DNA of 64,000 nucleotides from Planctomycetota bacterium. GTDB lineage: Bacteria; Planctomycetota; UBA1135; GCA-002748355. Every line of letters starts with the position of its first letter. Position 1 is the stretch's first letter. The position numbers and the translations under genes were made by a program. Positions 25,895-34,884 of the stretch are shown in pieces. The DNA is taken from NCBI GenBank assembly GCA_011321845.1, contig DROQ01000134.1, positions 10,891 through 74,890 of the forward strand, given 5' to 3'. The notes beneath the pieces are model-generated. The model was given only the letters and a program-made list of their open reading frames with translations, did not search any database and had not been told where the DNA came from.

Positions 25895-27540
25895 TGTTGT
25901 TCCTCAATCTTTTGCAGCTTGCTGCGTCTGAGAAGATAGATGGGGCGTGATCCGGGGGAGAGGGGGGCTCCCTTCCAGACGATCCAGGGGATGGTGGCCC
26001 GCTTGGAGAGCACTCCGCAAACCTTGAAGGCCGATGGCCCCAACATCGCGATGGCGTCCCTTTCGCTCGCCCCAAAGGTTGTTGCCCGCGCCGCCACCGC
26101 GGGTAGCAGCCTGGCATGGAGTTTCCCTCCCGAGCCCAAGGCTACGGGGATCCCTTCCTTGGCCAGGGTGGCCGCCGAATAGGCCCAATGCTGCTCCCGG
26201 AGGGCGAGGCGCCTGGCCGGGACCGAACTCTCTTCGGGGAGGGCCTGGGGGATGAGGAGGACATTGGCTTCTTCCCCCCGAATCTCCGCGGCGACCTTCC
26301 AGGCCTCGGTCCCCCCGGCGATCGTGAGATGCTTGAGGGAGTGGCGATGGGCGAGGTCGAGCAGAGCGAGGATCTCCTTGGCCCGGTGGATTTCGACGAT
26401 GAGGGCCAGTTTCCCGTCCAGGATCTTGCGGAAAGCTTCGAGCTGGGGGTCTCGTTTGGGCCTTTTGGGATAGGCCGGACGTTTGGGGGCCTTGCCGGTC
26501 TTGGCTCCCTGGGTGGATGGGGCTTTCGGTTTTTTGGCGACGGATTTGGCCTTGGCCTTTTTGAGCGCTTCTTGCTGGAGTCGCATCTGCTTCTCGAGCT
26601 GCTTGCGAACCCGGTCCCGGATCTGTGGGGGATAGCGCTTCAGGATCTTATTGATGAGTTCGGGAGTGAGGAGGGGCATCTTTCGCCGGCGTCCCCTTCG
26701 TTTCGTCGGTTTCGGGGCGGCAGAGACCACCTTCTCCCCCGGTTTCAGGGGGTGCTTCTTGTAGTAAGAAAGGAATTCCTTGCGCTTTTTCTGGTATTCC
26801 TGCAACTCCTTCTCGAACTTCTTCCAGGCCTTTGCATAGGCCTTGGCCTTTTTGAAAAGGTTCTCCAGGGGCTGGACCACCTTGTCGTAGGAAAGATTGT
26901 TCACCGGGCTTGTGGGAGAGGAGAGTTTCATCCAGACCGCCCCGGGGAGGGAGCCGAGGAAACCCTTCTTCATGTCCACCAGGACGAGGGCGCCCGGCCC
27001 CGTTGTGGAAGGCCTGGGGGAACCTGGAACGTAGAACCCCCCATAGCCTTCCTGGCTCAGGAGGGGGCGATACCCGGTCTGCCAGGGTTCCAGGGAGGAG
27101 CGGAGAGGCATCCCCGCGAGGAGCTTGCTGTCCCCCAGGGCCGCCTTGGAGAGGAATTGGGTGGAGCAGGCATCGATGAAAGCGGGAGAGAGGGTGGATC
27201 TAGGGACCGCACTCAGGTCTATGACCTTGGCCTTGATCTTGTCCTTGGCAAGGGGCAGCTCCTTCTCCTGGCGTGGGAGGAGATCGATCAGGCGGCCCCG
27301 CCGAAAAACGGCCCAAAACCCCTGTTTTCCGGGTTTGCGATCCGCCAAGGGGCCTTCGGGGGTCCAGGAGACCCGGGCCAGGCCCAGGACCAGGACCCTC
27401 CTCTGGCCGAGCCAGCGCTCCAGGGGGCCGACCGGCTTTTGGGCTGGGACCTTCCTTGGGCTCGGTTGTTGCCCTTGCGTTGGTTTGGATGTCTGGGCAG
27501 GGAAGAGGCTTAGGCCAACGAGGAGGGAGGTCCAGATCAT
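25891..27540 (-). CDS. Secreted amidohydrolase-related protein, module 1 (most degenerate), with a ~140-aa highly basic insert
   Basis: N-terminal hydrophobic leader MIWTSLLVGLSLFPAQ. KVIDLSAVPRSTLSPAFIDACSTQ aligns to the PGFIDxHxH region of its paralogs. GIPVALGSGG is like the GVPIALVPG of the paralogs. Lys/Arg-rich insert KKAKAYAKAWKKFEKELQEYQKKRKE...KRPKRD. Confidence 0.6.
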   Translation of the reverse strand: MIWTSLLVGLSLFPAQTSKPTQGQQPSPRKVPAQKPVGPLERWLGQRRVLVLGLARVSWTPEGPLADRKPGKQGFWAVFRRGRLIDLLPRQEKELPLAKDKIKAKVIDLSAVPRSTLSPAFIDACSTQFLSKAALGDSKLLAGMPLRSSLEPWQTGYRPLLSQEGYGGFYVPGSPRPSTTGPGALVLVDMKKGFLGSLPGAVWMKLSSPTSPVNNLSYDKVVQPLENLFKKAKAYAKAWKKFEKELQEYQKKRKEFLSYYKKHPLKPGEKVVSAAPKPTKRRGRRRKMPLLTPELINKILKRYPPQIRDRVRKQLEKQMRLQQEALKKAKAKSVAKKPKAPSTQGAKTGKAPKRPAYPKRPKRDPQLEAFRKILDGKLALIVEIHRAKEILALLDLAHRHSLKHLTIAGGTEAWKVAAEIRGEEANVLLIPQALPEESSVPARRLALREQHWAYSAATLAKEGIPVALGSGGKLHARLLPAVAARATTFGASERDAIAMLGPSAFKVCGVLSKRATIPWIVWKGAPLSPGSRPIYLLRRSKLQKIEEQQ

Positions 27541-27665
27541 ATTCCGTCTGCGGTCGTTAAGGAAAAGGATGTCGGGGAAGGAGGGCAGCTGCCGTCATAC
27601 GAAAAGAGGGGCAATCCTGCCAGCGGCATTCTGAAATTCGAGCCGTTCATGTTACCCTTCTCCCG

Positions 27666-28259
27666 ATGCGTAGCCCGACGGTTTATTGTGGTCCGATGTG
27701 GGGGGGGAAGACCGAGGCCCTGATCTCCCGCCTTGTCCGTGCCCGGATCCAGGAGATCCCTGTTCTCGCGTTCAATCCGCACTTGAACGACCGCTATGGG
27801 ACGCGGGACATCCGCGCGCACTCGGGGGCGAGCTTTCCCGCGACTCCGGTGCATTCCGGGGAAGAAATCCTCGAGGTGGTCCGCCGGGAGCAGCCACAGG
27901 TTGTGGGGATCGACGAGTTTTTCATGATCCCTTCTGCCCTGGCGGCGGTCGAGTACATGGTCCACCGGAGGATCAAGGTCGTGGTCTCCACTCTGGACCT
28001 GGATTCCGAGGGCGTCATTTGGGAGGGACTGGGGCAACTGCTCGCCATGGCTGAGGAAGTCGTCAAATGCCCTGCCGTATGCGCGGTCTGCAAAGCCGAC
28101 GCGTATTTCACCTTCCGCAAGGGCTACGCTCCCTCCGAGCGGGTTCTGGTGGGGGCGGATGAGTTTTACGAGCCCCGCTGCCGCCGTTGCTTCGACCAGG
28201 GGCAGGAGGCCAAGCGAGCGGCTACGGGGGAGGGCTCCCTTTTTGACGGGGGGTCTTGA
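27666..28259 (+). CDS. tdk: Thymidine kinase
   Basis: P-loop GPMWGGKTEALI, DEFFM (Walker B-like), and the C-terminal Cys cluster CPAVCAVC...PRCRRC typical of type II thymidine kinases. Confidence 0.9.
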   Translation: MRSPTVYCGPMWGGKTEALISRLVRARIQEIPVLAFNPHLNDRYGTRDIRAHSGASFPATPVHSGEEILEVVRREQPQVVGIDEFFMIPSALAAVEYMVHRRIKVVVSTLDLDSEGVIWEGLGQLLAMAEEVVKCPAVCAVCKADAYFTFRKGYAPSERVLVGADEFYEPRCRRCFDQGQEAKRAATGEGSLFDGGS

Positions 28260-28356
28260 CGCTCAGGAAGGATTGCGGAAGATTCCCATGTTATGGAAGG
28301 TCTCATGTGCCCTCCGTGGAAAACGCCATCCTTGTTCGCCGAAAAAAAGAGGAATC

Positions 28357-28536
28357 ATGCCGATCTATCGTTTCTTATGTGGCACGGATATCTTTGAATA
28401 TGAAATGCCCACCAAGGCCGAAGCCCAATTCCTATGCCTCCAAGAGCATGGAAGCCCCTGCGTGTTCCAGGAGGAGGTGGAAATCCCCCCTGCTGAGGAG
28501 CAGAGTCGTTCCGACCAGGAATCTTCCTCTACCTAG
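28357..28536 (+). CDS. Small hypothetical protein (59 aa); the N-terminus resembles a degenerate FmdB-type zinc-ribbon start
   Basis: AAGAGGA sits 4 nt upstream of the ATG at 28357. Begins MPIYRFLCGTDIFEYEM (compare the MPIYEYRC..C...FE family start) but lacks paired CxxC motifs. Acidic tail. Confidence 0.35.
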   Translation: MPIYRFLCGTDIFEYEMPTKAEAQFLCLQEHGSPCVFQEEVEIPPAEEQSRSDQESSST

Positions 28537-28602
28537 GGCATCTTCTCCACGTAGCGGATGGGAAGCCCTCTCTCCCCGGAAGCAGCCTGAACCTGGGGAA
28601 GC

Positions 28603-31089
28603 ATGGAAATAGAGGGCTATGAAATCCTCGGATCCTTGGGCGCTGGGGGAATGGGGGATGTCTATCTTGCTCGAGATGTCAAGCTGGACCGGATGGTTGC
28701 GCTCAAGCTGCTCTCGGAGAAGCTTTGCGCCCAGGCAGGGTTTCGCACGCGGTTCCTCCGGGAAATCCATGCTCTCGCACGGCTCAAACACGCCAACCTC
28801 GTCCCTGTTTTCGAGGGCGGCATCCATGGAAGAACGCCTCATTATTCCATGGCTTTTGTCCCGGGCCGGAGCCTCCAACAGGTTCTGAGAGTCCTGCGCG
28901 CCCGGCGGGACAGGGGTCTGGAATGGTTTACTCCCGAAGCCCTGGAAGAAGCGGCCGGTCTCCAATTCACGGGCACCAGCTATATCGAAATGATCCTCTG
29001 GTGGATCCTGGGCCTCGCCGACGCCCTCACCCACGCCCACCAGAAAGGAATCCTGCACCTGGATCTCAAGCCCTCCAACGTCATGATCACCCCGGATGGG
29101 ACACCCATTCTCCTGGATTTCGGGGTGGCCCAGATCCTCGAGAAGGGCTGGGGCAAGGGGGAGTTCTGTGGGACCCCCTCCTACATGGCTCCCGAGCGCT
29201 TGCTGAGTCGGGGAAGGCATGTGGGGGAGTTTTCGGACGCTTACAGCCTGGCGGTTCTCTTGTTCGAACTCCTGACTCTGGAGTTGCCGGTTCCCGGGAG
29301 GGGGATGATCGAGCTTTGTCGGAACCACCGGAACGGGGTCCTCAGGGATCCCCGAGACCTCCAGGAGAAGATCCCCGTCGAGCTGGCCCAGATCCTGAGG
29401 AAGGCTCTGGCCAAGGAGCCCGCGGTGAGCTATCTCGATGTCCGTTCCTTCGCGGAGGACTTGACGAAGTTTCGGGATTTCGAGCCCTTGCAGCTTCCGG
29501 GCATTCCTCTCGGCCTGCGTCTTCGGCGCATCGCCCGGAAATGGCGCCGCCCTCTTCTCCGCGGAGCGGGGGGACTGGTTTTGGGGGCTTGCCTCCTTCT
29601 GCTCTTTTTCTATGGGGCCCGATGGAGAAAAGGAGCTAGCGAGACGGAGAGGGAGGCGGAGGTCCAGGCTTACTCCTTTTTGAGTATGGCCAGGAAGGCT
29701 TTGGAGAGCCGGGATCTGAGGGGGACCCAACATTTTCTCCAGCTTGCCCGGGGGATGTCCAAGGATCCCAGGCTTGTGGAAGGGGTCGCCGGCCTCGAAA
29801 CGAGCCTGGCCGCGGAGAGGGACCAGGCCATCCGCCTGCTGAGGAACAAGGTTTTGGCCAAGGACGCTGGAGGAGTCGGCGAGCTGGTCCAGCGCCTGCG
29901 CCCCCTGATCCAGGGGGATCCCCATTTGCGTCCTCTCCTGCTCCAGGGAATGGCTCTTGAGCGAGAAAGGAGGGAGAGGGACTGGCTCCTTTCCAAGGAC
30001 GAGGAAGTTCAGAAGGCGGCGCTTTTTCGGCTCGCCTGCGATCTTTCCAAGGGGGTTGTCAGCGAGGGGGCGAGGCTCCTGGCCTTTCGCAAAATCCTTC
30101 AGGAGGCGCGTCTTCCCGAAGAAGCGTTGCTCTGTCTTTGGGCCGGGGGTTGGAGTCGATGGAAGGGAGAGCTGCGGGTGGGAATCGGGCGATGGGAGGA
30201 TCATGTCCAGCTCACCCTCCTCCTCCTTCTCGCCTATGACCCCAAGGAACCCTTCGCGACCTGGGCGAGGAGGCAGAACAAAAAGTATTTCGACTTCAAG
30301 TGGAAGGACAGCAGGATCCAAAGGCCCCTTCTTCCGGGCCTGGCGACCTATCAGCGAGAGGCCAGAGCGCAGGGAGCCGAGGCTCTCTACCAAAAGTTGC
30401 GTGGTTTCGGGCGCTTCTTGCGCTTCTACCAGAGAGGGGCTTTTCAATGGCCGGGGATTGGATTCGCGGTGTATCGGGCTCCCCTGTTCTATGGGCTCCA
30501 GCTCCGTCTCGCCTGGGGGCTCCCACTCGAGGAGAGAGAGGGGCTGGAGTTGCTCCGAATCGCCCCTCTGCGGCTCAGGCTCAAGGTCCTCTGGGCCCTT
30601 TTTTGGTCCCGAAGGGGTCCCCCCTCTCCAGAACTTCTGGAACTCCTCGGCTCCCGTTGGAAGGGAGGAATGAACCGGGATGAAGGGGAAATGCTCTCCA
30701 TCCTCGCCCATTGGAACCCAAGCTCCGCTTGGGCTTTTTTTCAACGATTCGGTTTGAACAAGGGGTTGGATCCTAGGGAGTTTGCGTTCTTCTTGAGTGC
30801 GATTCCACCGGCCAAGACCGAGTCCTTTTGCAAGGAGGTTCTTGGGGATCTGGCCTCTCCCAGGGTCTACCGGGAGGGGGTTCAACGGTTCCATGCTGGA
30901 TTCAAAGCGCCCTCTCTGGCTTCGCGGAATTTGGAAGGAGGTGATCCCCGGATCCTGGCGGATGCGCTCGCCCTCATTCGAGCGGCGGATGTGAGCGACA
31001 TTCCCATGCTGAAGCGCCTCTCCGAAAGTCCCTTCATGATGATTCGAGAAGAGGCCTCGAAGCGGATGCGCGCTCTGGAGGGGAGGTGA
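28603..31089 (+). CDS. Membrane Ser/Thr protein kinase (non-RD: HLD catalytic loop) with a large helical C-terminal domain
   Basis: LGAGGMGDVYLA (G-loop), VALKLL, GILHLDLKPSNVMI, LLDFGVAQ, GTPSYMAPE. TM segment GGLVLGACLLLLFFYGA. C-terminal HEAT-like helices. Confidence 0.9.
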   Translation: MEIEGYEILGSLGAGGMGDVYLARDVKLDRMVALKLLSEKLCAQAGFRTRFLREIHALARLKHANLVPVFEGGIHGRTPHYSMAFVPGRSLQQVLRVLRARRDRGLEWFTPEALEEAAGLQFTGTSYIEMILWWILGLADALTHAHQKGILHLDLKPSNVMITPDGTPILLDFGVAQILEKGWGKGEFCGTPSYMAPERLLSRGRHVGEFSDAYSLAVLLFELLTLELPVPGRGMIELCRNHRNGVLRDPRDLQEKIPVELAQILRKALAKEPAVSYLDVRSFAEDLTKFRDFEPLQLPGIPLGLRLRRIARKWRRPLLRGAGGLVLGACLLLLFFYGARWRKGASETEREAEVQAYSFLSMARKALESRDLRGTQHFLQLARGMSKDPRLVEGVAGLETSLAAERDQAIRLLRNKVLAKDAGGVGELVQRLRPLIQGDPHLRPLLLQGMALERERRERDWLLSKDEEVQKAALFRLACDLSKGVVSEGARLLAFRKILQEARLPEEALLCLWAGGWSRWKGELRVGIGRWEDHVQLTLLLLLAYDPKEPFATWARRQNKKYFDFKWKDSRIQRPLLPGLATYQREARAQGAEALYQKLRGFGRFLRFYQRGAFQWPGIGFAVYRAPLFYGLQLRLAWGLPLEEREGLELLRIAPLRLRLKVLWALFWSRRGPPSPELLELLGSRWKGGMNRDEGEMLSILAHWNPSSAWAFFQRFGLNKGLDPREFAFFLSAIPPAKTESFCKEVLGDLASPRVYREGVQRFHAGFKAPSLASRNLEGGDPRILADALALIRAADVSDIPMLKRLSESPFMMIREEASKRMRALEGR

Positions 31090-33872
31090 GCGGCCCTTCT
31101 CCGATACCCACTCCCTTTGGGAGTTGGAAAAAGGGTCCCTTCCATCTGGGACCCTGGGTTCTCCTTGCCCTTGTTTCCAGGAACGATCGATTCTTGATGT
31201 TCGAGGCCAAAGACAGGGCAATGGATCGTCGGGTCTTTCTTGTCTTTTCCTGGGAGGGGGAGCCCGCCTTGCTGGATCTCCACCAAGCCTGGGGGAAGTT
31301 TTCAGGACCTCCCCTTCCCCGAGTTCTCCAGCTTGCCAAGGTGGATGGACCCGAAGGGGAGAGCCTCTCCTGTTTGGTCCTCGAAGGAATGCAGGGAGTG
31401 GCCTTCCCCCCCCGACTCAAGAGAGCCCGGTGGATCGAGTTGGGGCAGACCCTCTGCCTGGCGATGCAGGAACTCCTGGATTCGGGTCTGGGATACTCCG
31501 AGTTTTCATCCCAGGATCTTCGCATGGATCGGGAGGGGGAGGTTCTCCTGTTGCCTCCCTTTCCTTCCTCTGGGGCTCAAAAGGGTGGGGGGCTTTCCCA
31601 GCATTCCGGGCGCCGGGCGGTGAGAAGCATCGCCGGGCTGTTGCTTCAGGGACTCAAGGGATCCAAGCAGAGGGACCTGGGAGAGCAGGGAAGGGACTTG
31701 AAGGGGCTCCCCGCCGATCTTCGCTTGGTGCTGCGCAATTGCTTCAGGGGTGAGGCTGGGACGAGATACGCAAATCCTCGGCAATTGGGATGGGAACTGG
31801 GGAGGATTCTCCGTCATGAGCCGGTCCCGAATCCCGGGCGGAATCTGAGGAAGGGACTGGAACGGATCCTGGGGGCGATCCTGCTTGTCGCGGTTCTGCT
31901 CCTTTTTGCCCAGGGAGCCTTGCGCCTTCTCCAGGCTCGCAGCCAGGCTTTGTCCCTGGAGGCCCAGAGGATCGAAAACTTCGGTTTGCTCCTGGGTGAC
32001 TTTCGCGCGGGTTTGGAGGAGGGATCCTTCGAGAGGGCGGCCAAGCTCCTGGAAAATCTGGAGGCGATGAAGCTTCGGCAGGGGGAGAAGCTTCTCAACC
32101 AGGCGAAGGGAGATTTTCAAAGGAAATTGCGCGAACACTTTGGAGAACTCTTTCTTTTGGCCGAAGCGAAACCCGATTTGAAGCGGATTCGGACCTTGGC
32201 CCAAGGCTTGTTTTTCTTGCGCTGGGGTCCTTCCCATCTATGGCCCAGGCCTGGAAAGGAATTCCTGCAAAAGATCCAAAAGGTGCGAAGGCAGGCGGAG
32301 CACGCGAGCCATTTCCTCCAGTCCTTCACTTCGCTTCCCACCTTCCTGGAAGGACAAACCCTGCGGCGGGTGATGAGTCCGGATCCTTTGCGGAAACAGT
32401 TCCAGCGTCTTTGTAGGGACAAGCCCGACTGCCTCCCCTATGCAGAACAGGCCCTCATGGAGTTGAGAAAGGGCTTGGACCCGAGATCCTCCCTCCTTCT
32501 TCTGGAAGTGTTTCTGGCCCTCCCCGAGGACCGACGGCTTGAATGGTTGCAGCAATGGCTGCCCGAGGCGTCGACCGAGGAAATCCTTTTTGTCTGTCTT
32601 TCCTCGGCCTTTCGGGAGCGGGAGCGGTCCCTGCCGATTCTCGACAAGGTTCTCGATGTTTTGGAAAAGAGATCGTCCGAGGTCCTTCAGGGGAGAGACC
32701 TTTTTGGAGATGAGGTCCACAACCGAGTCTCCAGGGCGCTTGTGACGGTCTATTCCGCCAAGGAGACCTGGCCTTTTTGGAAAAAGCATTATCCCCTTTT
32801 CGAACCCCTTTGCTTCGGCTACCCCCGAACTCTGGGATCGTCCCTTCTCCTCATGCGGGGGATCCTGGACCCCAAGGGAACGGAGAAGCGTTGGCACAAC
32901 TGGGTGCGGAGGGGGGACCTCAGGGTCTTCTTCCACCCGGAGCTTTGCACGGATCCCAGGCTCCAGGCAGAGGCCGAAGGCCTGGTTCGTCTCTGCGTCC
33001 GCCCCGCTTCGAAGAGCGTCTCCGTGCCCGCCTATTGGAGCAAACCCGGCTTTCGGAATTTGGCCCCCTTCGCCCTCCTCTACTTTTTTTCACGGAGCCC
33101 ACAGCACTTTCCCCTGCAGGATCCCCAACTTCGATCTTTGTTCTGGGTCAAGGTCTTCGAGAGCTTTTCCGAAGGGGGATTTACCTTCAGGTCCTTCCCA
33201 ATCGTGAAACGTTTCCCCGAGAAGGACTGGGCTCTTCCCCTCTTTCGCCGTTTCCTCCGGCTCAATGGGGATTCTCATATGGCCCTTTGGCAATTCTATT
33301 TCCAAGGAGAGGGCCGCTATCTTCTCCTGGACTGCCTGGTCCAAAAGCGCGCCTTCCCTTTCCTGGAGGACCATCTCGGGGAGATCCTGGAGTCGGACCG
33401 TTTCCCCGCGCAAAAGTTTTGCCTGAGCCTGTTGCTCAAGGCCCGCCAGGCCGGATTGCTTTCCGAGCTTTGGGGTCCTCGCTTACGCTCTTATCTATCG
33501 AGAGTCGCGAGCCCCTACCTTCGATCCCTTGCCCTGGGATGCTTGGAGGAAGTGGGCGCCCTGGAGATCCAAACCTTTCTTGAGCTTCGCTCCTCTTCGC
33601 TGCCCACGGTTCGGAAACGGGCTTGGACCTGGCTCCTTGAGGCGGGGCATCTGGAGAAAGCCTGGGACATCCTTGGGGGGAGCGAGGTCCCCCCCAAGCT
33701 TCTGCCTCCCCTCGGAGACTTGAAGATGGTCGAAACCCTCTTCCAGCGCCTGGCCCAAACTTCGGCCCGCGGTGGGGCTGCCCAAGGGGAGGGAGGTCCC
33801 AAGGAGGTTCCCATCCTCTCCGCCAGGAGAGCCCATTATTTCAAAGCCCTTGAATCCTTACGGAATCGGTGA
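31086..33872 (+). CDS. Membrane pseudokinase-like protein with a long HEAT/ARM-like C-terminal domain
   Basis: GTG start overlaps the kinase stop (GTGA at 31086-31089). The ~250-aa N-terminal region has kinase-like spacing, but I see no recognisable G-loop, VAIK Lys, HRD or DFG (GYSEFSSQDLRMDREGEVLLLPPFPSS). TM segment ILGAILLVAVLLLFAQGAL. The start codon is uncertain. Confidence 0.65.
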   Translation: MSGPSPIPTPFGSWKKGPFHLGPWVLLALVSRNDRFLMFEAKDRAMDRRVFLVFSWEGEPALLDLHQAWGKFSGPPLPRVLQLAKVDGPEGESLSCLVLEGMQGVAFPPRLKRARWIELGQTLCLAMQELLDSGLGYSEFSSQDLRMDREGEVLLLPPFPSSGAQKGGGLSQHSGRRAVRSIAGLLLQGLKGSKQRDLGEQGRDLKGLPADLRLVLRNCFRGEAGTRYANPRQLGWELGRILRHEPVPNPGRNLRKGLERILGAILLVAVLLLFAQGALRLLQARSQALSLEAQRIENFGLLLGDFRAGLEEGSFERAAKLLENLEAMKLRQGEKLLNQAKGDFQRKLREHFGELFLLAEAKPDLKRIRTLAQGLFFLRWGPSHLWPRPGKEFLQKIQKVRRQAEHASHFLQSFTSLPTFLEGQTLRRVMSPDPLRKQFQRLCRDKPDCLPYAEQALMELRKGLDPRSSLLLLEVFLALPEDRRLEWLQQWLPEASTEEILFVCLSSAFRERERSLPILDKVLDVLEKRSSEVLQGRDLFGDEVHNRVSRALVTVYSAKETWPFWKKHYPLFEPLCFGYPRTLGSSLLLMRGILDPKGTEKRWHNWVRRGDLRVFFHPELCTDPRLQAEAEGLVRLCVRPASKSVSVPAYWSKPGFRNLAPFALLYFFSRSPQHFPLQDPQLRSLFWVKVFESFSEGGFTFRSFPIVKRFPEKDWALPLFRRFLRLNGDSHMALWQFYFQGEGRYLLLDCLVQKRAFPFLEDHLGEILESDRFPAQKFCLSLLLKARQAGLLSELWGPRLRSYLSRVASPYLRSLALGCLEEVGALEIQTFLELRSSSLPTVRKRAWTWLLEAGHLEKAWDILGGSEVPPKLLPPLGDLKMVETLFQRLAQTSARGGAAQGEGGPKEVPILSARRAHYFKALESLRNR

Positions 33873-34884
33873 ACTCGGTCTCCTTGGTGGCGGGGTTCAG
33901 GATTACGCATTGGACCCAAAAATTGCGGAAACCCTTGGGGAAGAGGGCGAAGGGGTAGACCCTGGTTTTTCCTTTGCCGAAGGGATCCAGGGTCGTGGCC
34001 TCGAGAAGGAAGGGGAAGGGAGGGGTGAGGCTCAGATGCCATTCTCCCACAGGGCCGGGGATGGGAGTTTTCAGGAGACCAGGGGAGAGATAAACGATCC
34101 CCAATCCCGAGGCGCCGATCTGTCCTCCCTGGATCTCGAAAAAGAGCTTGTCCTTGCGTCCGGCGTCCGGGTGCAGGGTCTCGATGCCTTTGAGGGTCTC
34201 CTCTCCGAGCCCATAGGCCTTGGAGATCAAAACGGTCTGGAGGACCGGTTCGATGAACACCCCCGTGGTCTCGAGGACGTCCAAGGTTCTCCCGCCCAGC
34301 GGGAGGGCGCGGGTTTGGCCGGCGGGCCGCTCGAAGGCGTAGACCTCTTTTTGAAAAGGGGCGGGGACCCGGGGCCTTTGGCTGTCCCGAGGGAGGTTCA
34401 GTTGCCCATGGATCGAGGGCCCATCCAAGGGCCATTTGGGGGCTTTGGGGAGGGCGATCTTGATCCCGAAATTCTGGGGGATCTGTTGGGGGAAGCCGAC
34501 GGTGAGCAAGAAGTTGTAGGCCTTTTGTCCTTGGTCCCCGAAACCGAAGAGGCGGAAGCTGGATTTGAGGACCTCTTTGTTCAGGTCGGGGTGCACTCCA
34601 TCCTTGTCATAGGGGACGTAGGAGAGGGTGATGTTTTCCTGCGTTGCGGCTTCCTCGTCCTGGGCCGTGAGGCGAAAACCGACCGCCGAGAACTTTCCGT
34701 TGAGGTAGCCTCTCGGTTGCATCATGAAAAGTTCGGTGGCTCCTCCCCGGGCGAGCCCTCGAACGGTCCCGTTGATTTTCCGGTTGGAAAACGCCTTCTC
34801 GAAAAAACCGTGGGCCATGAGACTGGAGCCCAGGAGAAGAAGGAGAAGCACCAAGAGCAGGAGGAGGCGTGGGGAGGGTCTCAT
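33841..34884 (-). CDS. Secreted hypothetical protein, paralog B of a tandem pair
   Basis: ATGA overlap with the upstream paralog (34884/34881). Signal peptide MRPSPRLLLLLVLLLLLLGSSLMAHG. Collinear similarity to the 34881-35894 product (F.MQP..., GFR...QD, F.LFG.G, FGI...LP...WP.DG). Confidence 0.75.
   Translation of the reverse strand: MRPSPRLLLLLVLLLLLLGSSLMAHGFFEKAFSNRKINGTVRGLARGGATELFMMQPRGYLNGKFSAVGFRLTAQDEEAATQENITLSYVPYDKDGVHPDLNKEVLKSSFRLFGFGDQGQKAYNFLLTVGFPQQIPQNFGIKIALPKAPKWPLDGPSIHGQLNLPRDSQRPRVPAPFQKEVYAFERPAGQTRALPLGGRTLDVLETTGVFIEPVLQTVLISKAYGLGEETLKGIETLHPDAGRKDKLFFEIQGGQIGASGLGIVYLSPGLLKTPIPGPVGEWHLSLTPPFPFLLEATTLDPFGKGKTRVYPFALFPKGFRNFWVQCVILNPATKETEFTDSVRIQGL

Noticed and set aside
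27700-27707. G8 homopolymer inside the tdk P-loop codons (W-G-G-K), considered as a phase-variation switch
   Set aside because: It is explained by Trp/Gly codons in a GC-rich genome, and tdk is intact. Nothing in the window suggests an on/off function. It would only be worth a look if read-level length variation were seen.
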